DNA from: Planctomycetota bacterium
Lineage (GTDB): Bacteria; Planctomycetota; SZUA-567; H5-PLA8
DNA length: 64,000 nt
Direction: 5' to 3'
Assembly: GCA_027493525.1 (NCBI GenBank)
Contig: JAOSKN010000003.1
Location: 1,223,316-1,287,315, forward strand
Shown here: positions 62,489-64,000 of the stretch, one piece after another
How positions within the stretch are numbered: position 1 is the first letter of the stretch
Layout of the letters: each line of letters opens with the position of its first letter
Notes under the pieces: model-generated
What the model saw: the letters and a program-made list of their open reading frames with translations, nothing else
What the model was told of the DNA's origin: nothing
Database searches by the model: none
Program-made: the position numbers and the translations under genes

Positions 62489-63427
62489 ATGCCACCCATG
62501 AACCCACCCGACCGGCTCGACCCGACGCTCAAGGAGGCCGCGCACCCGCGGACGTTCCGGACCCACACGTACGTATATCCGGTCCTCTCGCGGCGCAGCG
62601 GCGGCGTCTCGGTCGGAATCAACCTGAACCCCGACAAGGCCTGCAATTTCGACTGCATCTACTGCCAGGTGGACCGGAGCAAGACTCCGCAGGAGCGCTT
62701 CGTCGGCATGGAGAAGCTGGTCGCGGAGCTCCGCGAGGTTCTGGGCGGGCTGAAGCCCGGCGGGAAACTCTGGAGCGAGCCCGAATTCGCCGCGCTGCCG
62801 GCCGGGAAGAAGCGCGTCACCGACATCGCCTTCAGCGGCGACGGCGAGCCGACGACCTTCAAGAATTTCCGCGAAGTGGCCGCGCGCTGCGTCGAGGTCA
62901 AGGAAGGCCTGGGCTTCGACGACGCCAAGGTGGTCCTGATCACCAACGCGACCGGCCTGGACCGGCCCGACGTGAAAGAGGCCCTGCGCTTCCTCGACGC
63001 CCACCGCGGCGAGGTCTGGGCGAAACTCGATGCCGGCACGCCCGAATACTTCCGTCTGATCGACCACACGGAATTCCCGTTCCAACGCATCCTGGAGAAC
63101 ATCGTTTCATGTGCCAGGGAGCGGGAGATCGTGATCCAGTCCTGTTTCATGCGGGTGCGCGGGAGCGGGCCGGACGACCGGGAAATCAAAGCATTCTGTC
63201 AGCGACTTCTGAAGTTGAAGGCTGAAGGCGCCCGGATTCGCCTCGTCCAAGTCTATACCGTGGCCCGGCCTCCTGCTTACGGCGTGGTCTCCAGCCTGTC
63301 CCAAGTTGAAGTGGACAGTGTGGTGGCGTCGGTGAAGCGAATCGCTGGACTGCGGGCGGAGGCCTACTACGGTGAAGTCGAGGAGGGTGCTGGACTTATA
63401 GGGAAAGACCTCCCTGATAAAATGTGA
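62489..63427 (+). CDS. Radical SAM protein (TYW1-like bacterial family)
   Basis: YPVLSRRSGGVSVGINL, CNFDCIYC, FSGDGEPT, ITNAT and KLDAG motifs. Confidence 0.88.
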   Translation: MPPMNPPDRLDPTLKEAAHPRTFRTHTYVYPVLSRRSGGVSVGINLNPDKACNFDCIYCQVDRSKTPQERFVGMEKLVAELREVLGGLKPGGKLWSEPEFAALPAGKKRVTDIAFSGDGEPTTFKNFREVAARCVEVKEGLGFDDAKVVLITNATGLDRPDVKEALRFLDAHRGEVWAKLDAGTPEYFRLIDHTEFPFQRILENIVSCAREREIVIQSCFMRVRGSGPDDREIKAFCQRLLKLKAEGARIRLVQVYTVARPPAYGVVSSLSQVEVDSVVASVKRIAGLRAEAYYGEVEEGAGLIGKDLPDKM

Positions 63428-63545
63428 AACTGAAAGTTTGAAGTAATCTCACAAGTGCACTAAGATCACCCTTTCTTGATTCGCCAGTCAACAGAATCCA
63501 GGGGAATGCCACTTCGCGGGGGCATAGCGTAGGGAGAACGTTTCG

Positions 63546-64000
63546 ATGTCGAGCTTGGCAAAGAAGTTAGCATTGGGCCTGTTGCTCCTGGCGGGACTGA
63601 GCTGGCTTGCCGTCACCAGCTTCTCGCCACCCAAACAAAACCAACCGGTTGGTCCGTTAGGTGGCCACCAAGAGCAGGCCCTCGAGCAGGAACACGCTCC
63701 ATCCTCCAACGAGCCGCAACCGGTTCGCTTCGCTGAAGCCCCGCCGGAAGGCCGCTTTGCGGAGGTCGAAGCCGGCCGATACAGCGCGCGGATGGGCGCG
63801 ATCCAGGTGGACGTCCACCCCGCCGGGAGCGTCTCGCTCAAGAACCTCCCCGCCGGGGCCCGCGAGCCCGACCATCTGACGTGGACGCTCACCGAGGTCC
63901 GGCGCGGCGCCGAGACCCTGTACGAAGAGACCAACAGCGCGCACGGCATGGCGCGGGTCAACGAGAAGTCCGACGGCAAGGGGCTGAGCTTCCCGCGCGG
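63546..64000 (+). CDS. Exported/membrane-anchored protein, truncated by the window edge
   Basis: MSSLAKKLALGLLLLAGLSWLAV... stays open to the end of the window; RBS GGAG. Confidence 0.65.
   Translation, partial: MSSLAKKLALGLLLLAGLSWLAVTSFSPPKQNQPVGPLGGHQEQALEQEHAPSSNEPQPVRFAEAPPEGRFAEVEAGRYSARMGAIQVDVHPAGSVSLKNLPAGAREPDHLTWTLTEVRRGAETLYEETNSAHGMARVNEKSDGKGLSFPR

Noticed and set aside
1434-63225. Numerous long antisense or alternate-frame ORFs (e.g. 1434..3425-, 43114..45693-, 54196..58188+)
   Set aside because: Arg/Ala/Gly/Pro-rich shadow ORFs expected at this GC content, overlapping well-supported genes.
62489-63427. Radical SAM gene as the anSME for the Ser-type sulfatase
   Set aside because: It is short, lacks the Cys-rich SPASM domain and has TYW1-like family motifs.

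Overview
High-GC bacterial chromosome segment, probably Planctomycetota-like (inferred from the FHA kinase, sulfatase, HEAT proteins and F/Y-x-L-S-T-L membrane proteins). About nine genes are split by 1-2 nt shifts, mostly in homopolymers, which looks like long-read error. Backbone: GH18, a heparinase-like protein, a TlyC/CNNM protein, yggU, an FHA kinase, proC, yggS, sugar-catabolism genes, a GT-C, a GntR/sulfatase glycan locus, an adenylate cyclase, tRNA-Ala(CGC), MscS, GH88 and a radical SAM protein. REP hairpins and period-7 arrays fill many intergenic gaps. Two systems stand out. (1) At 46918-52152, a fused E1alpha/beta 2-oxoacid dehydrogenase is followed by what is very likely one E2(lipoyl+acyltransferase)-ACP-CurM-type sulfotransferase-Cys-thioesterase protein, i.e. 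a minimal acyl-loading/sulfation/release line with no PKS or NRPS module. (2) At about 10.5-23.9 kb, two 'mini-RHS' toxin-immunity cassettes share one layout: REP cluster, array of 17-bp units reading as antisense codon variants of the YD motif YYAYDA, leaderless-type promoter, RHS-core tail, AT-rich toxin plus immunity gene, and a conserved ~110-bp 3' block. The same region holds two IS256 copies, an IS4 and a nonsense-interrupted RAYT element. Family calls come from motif recognition by eye; no searches were run.
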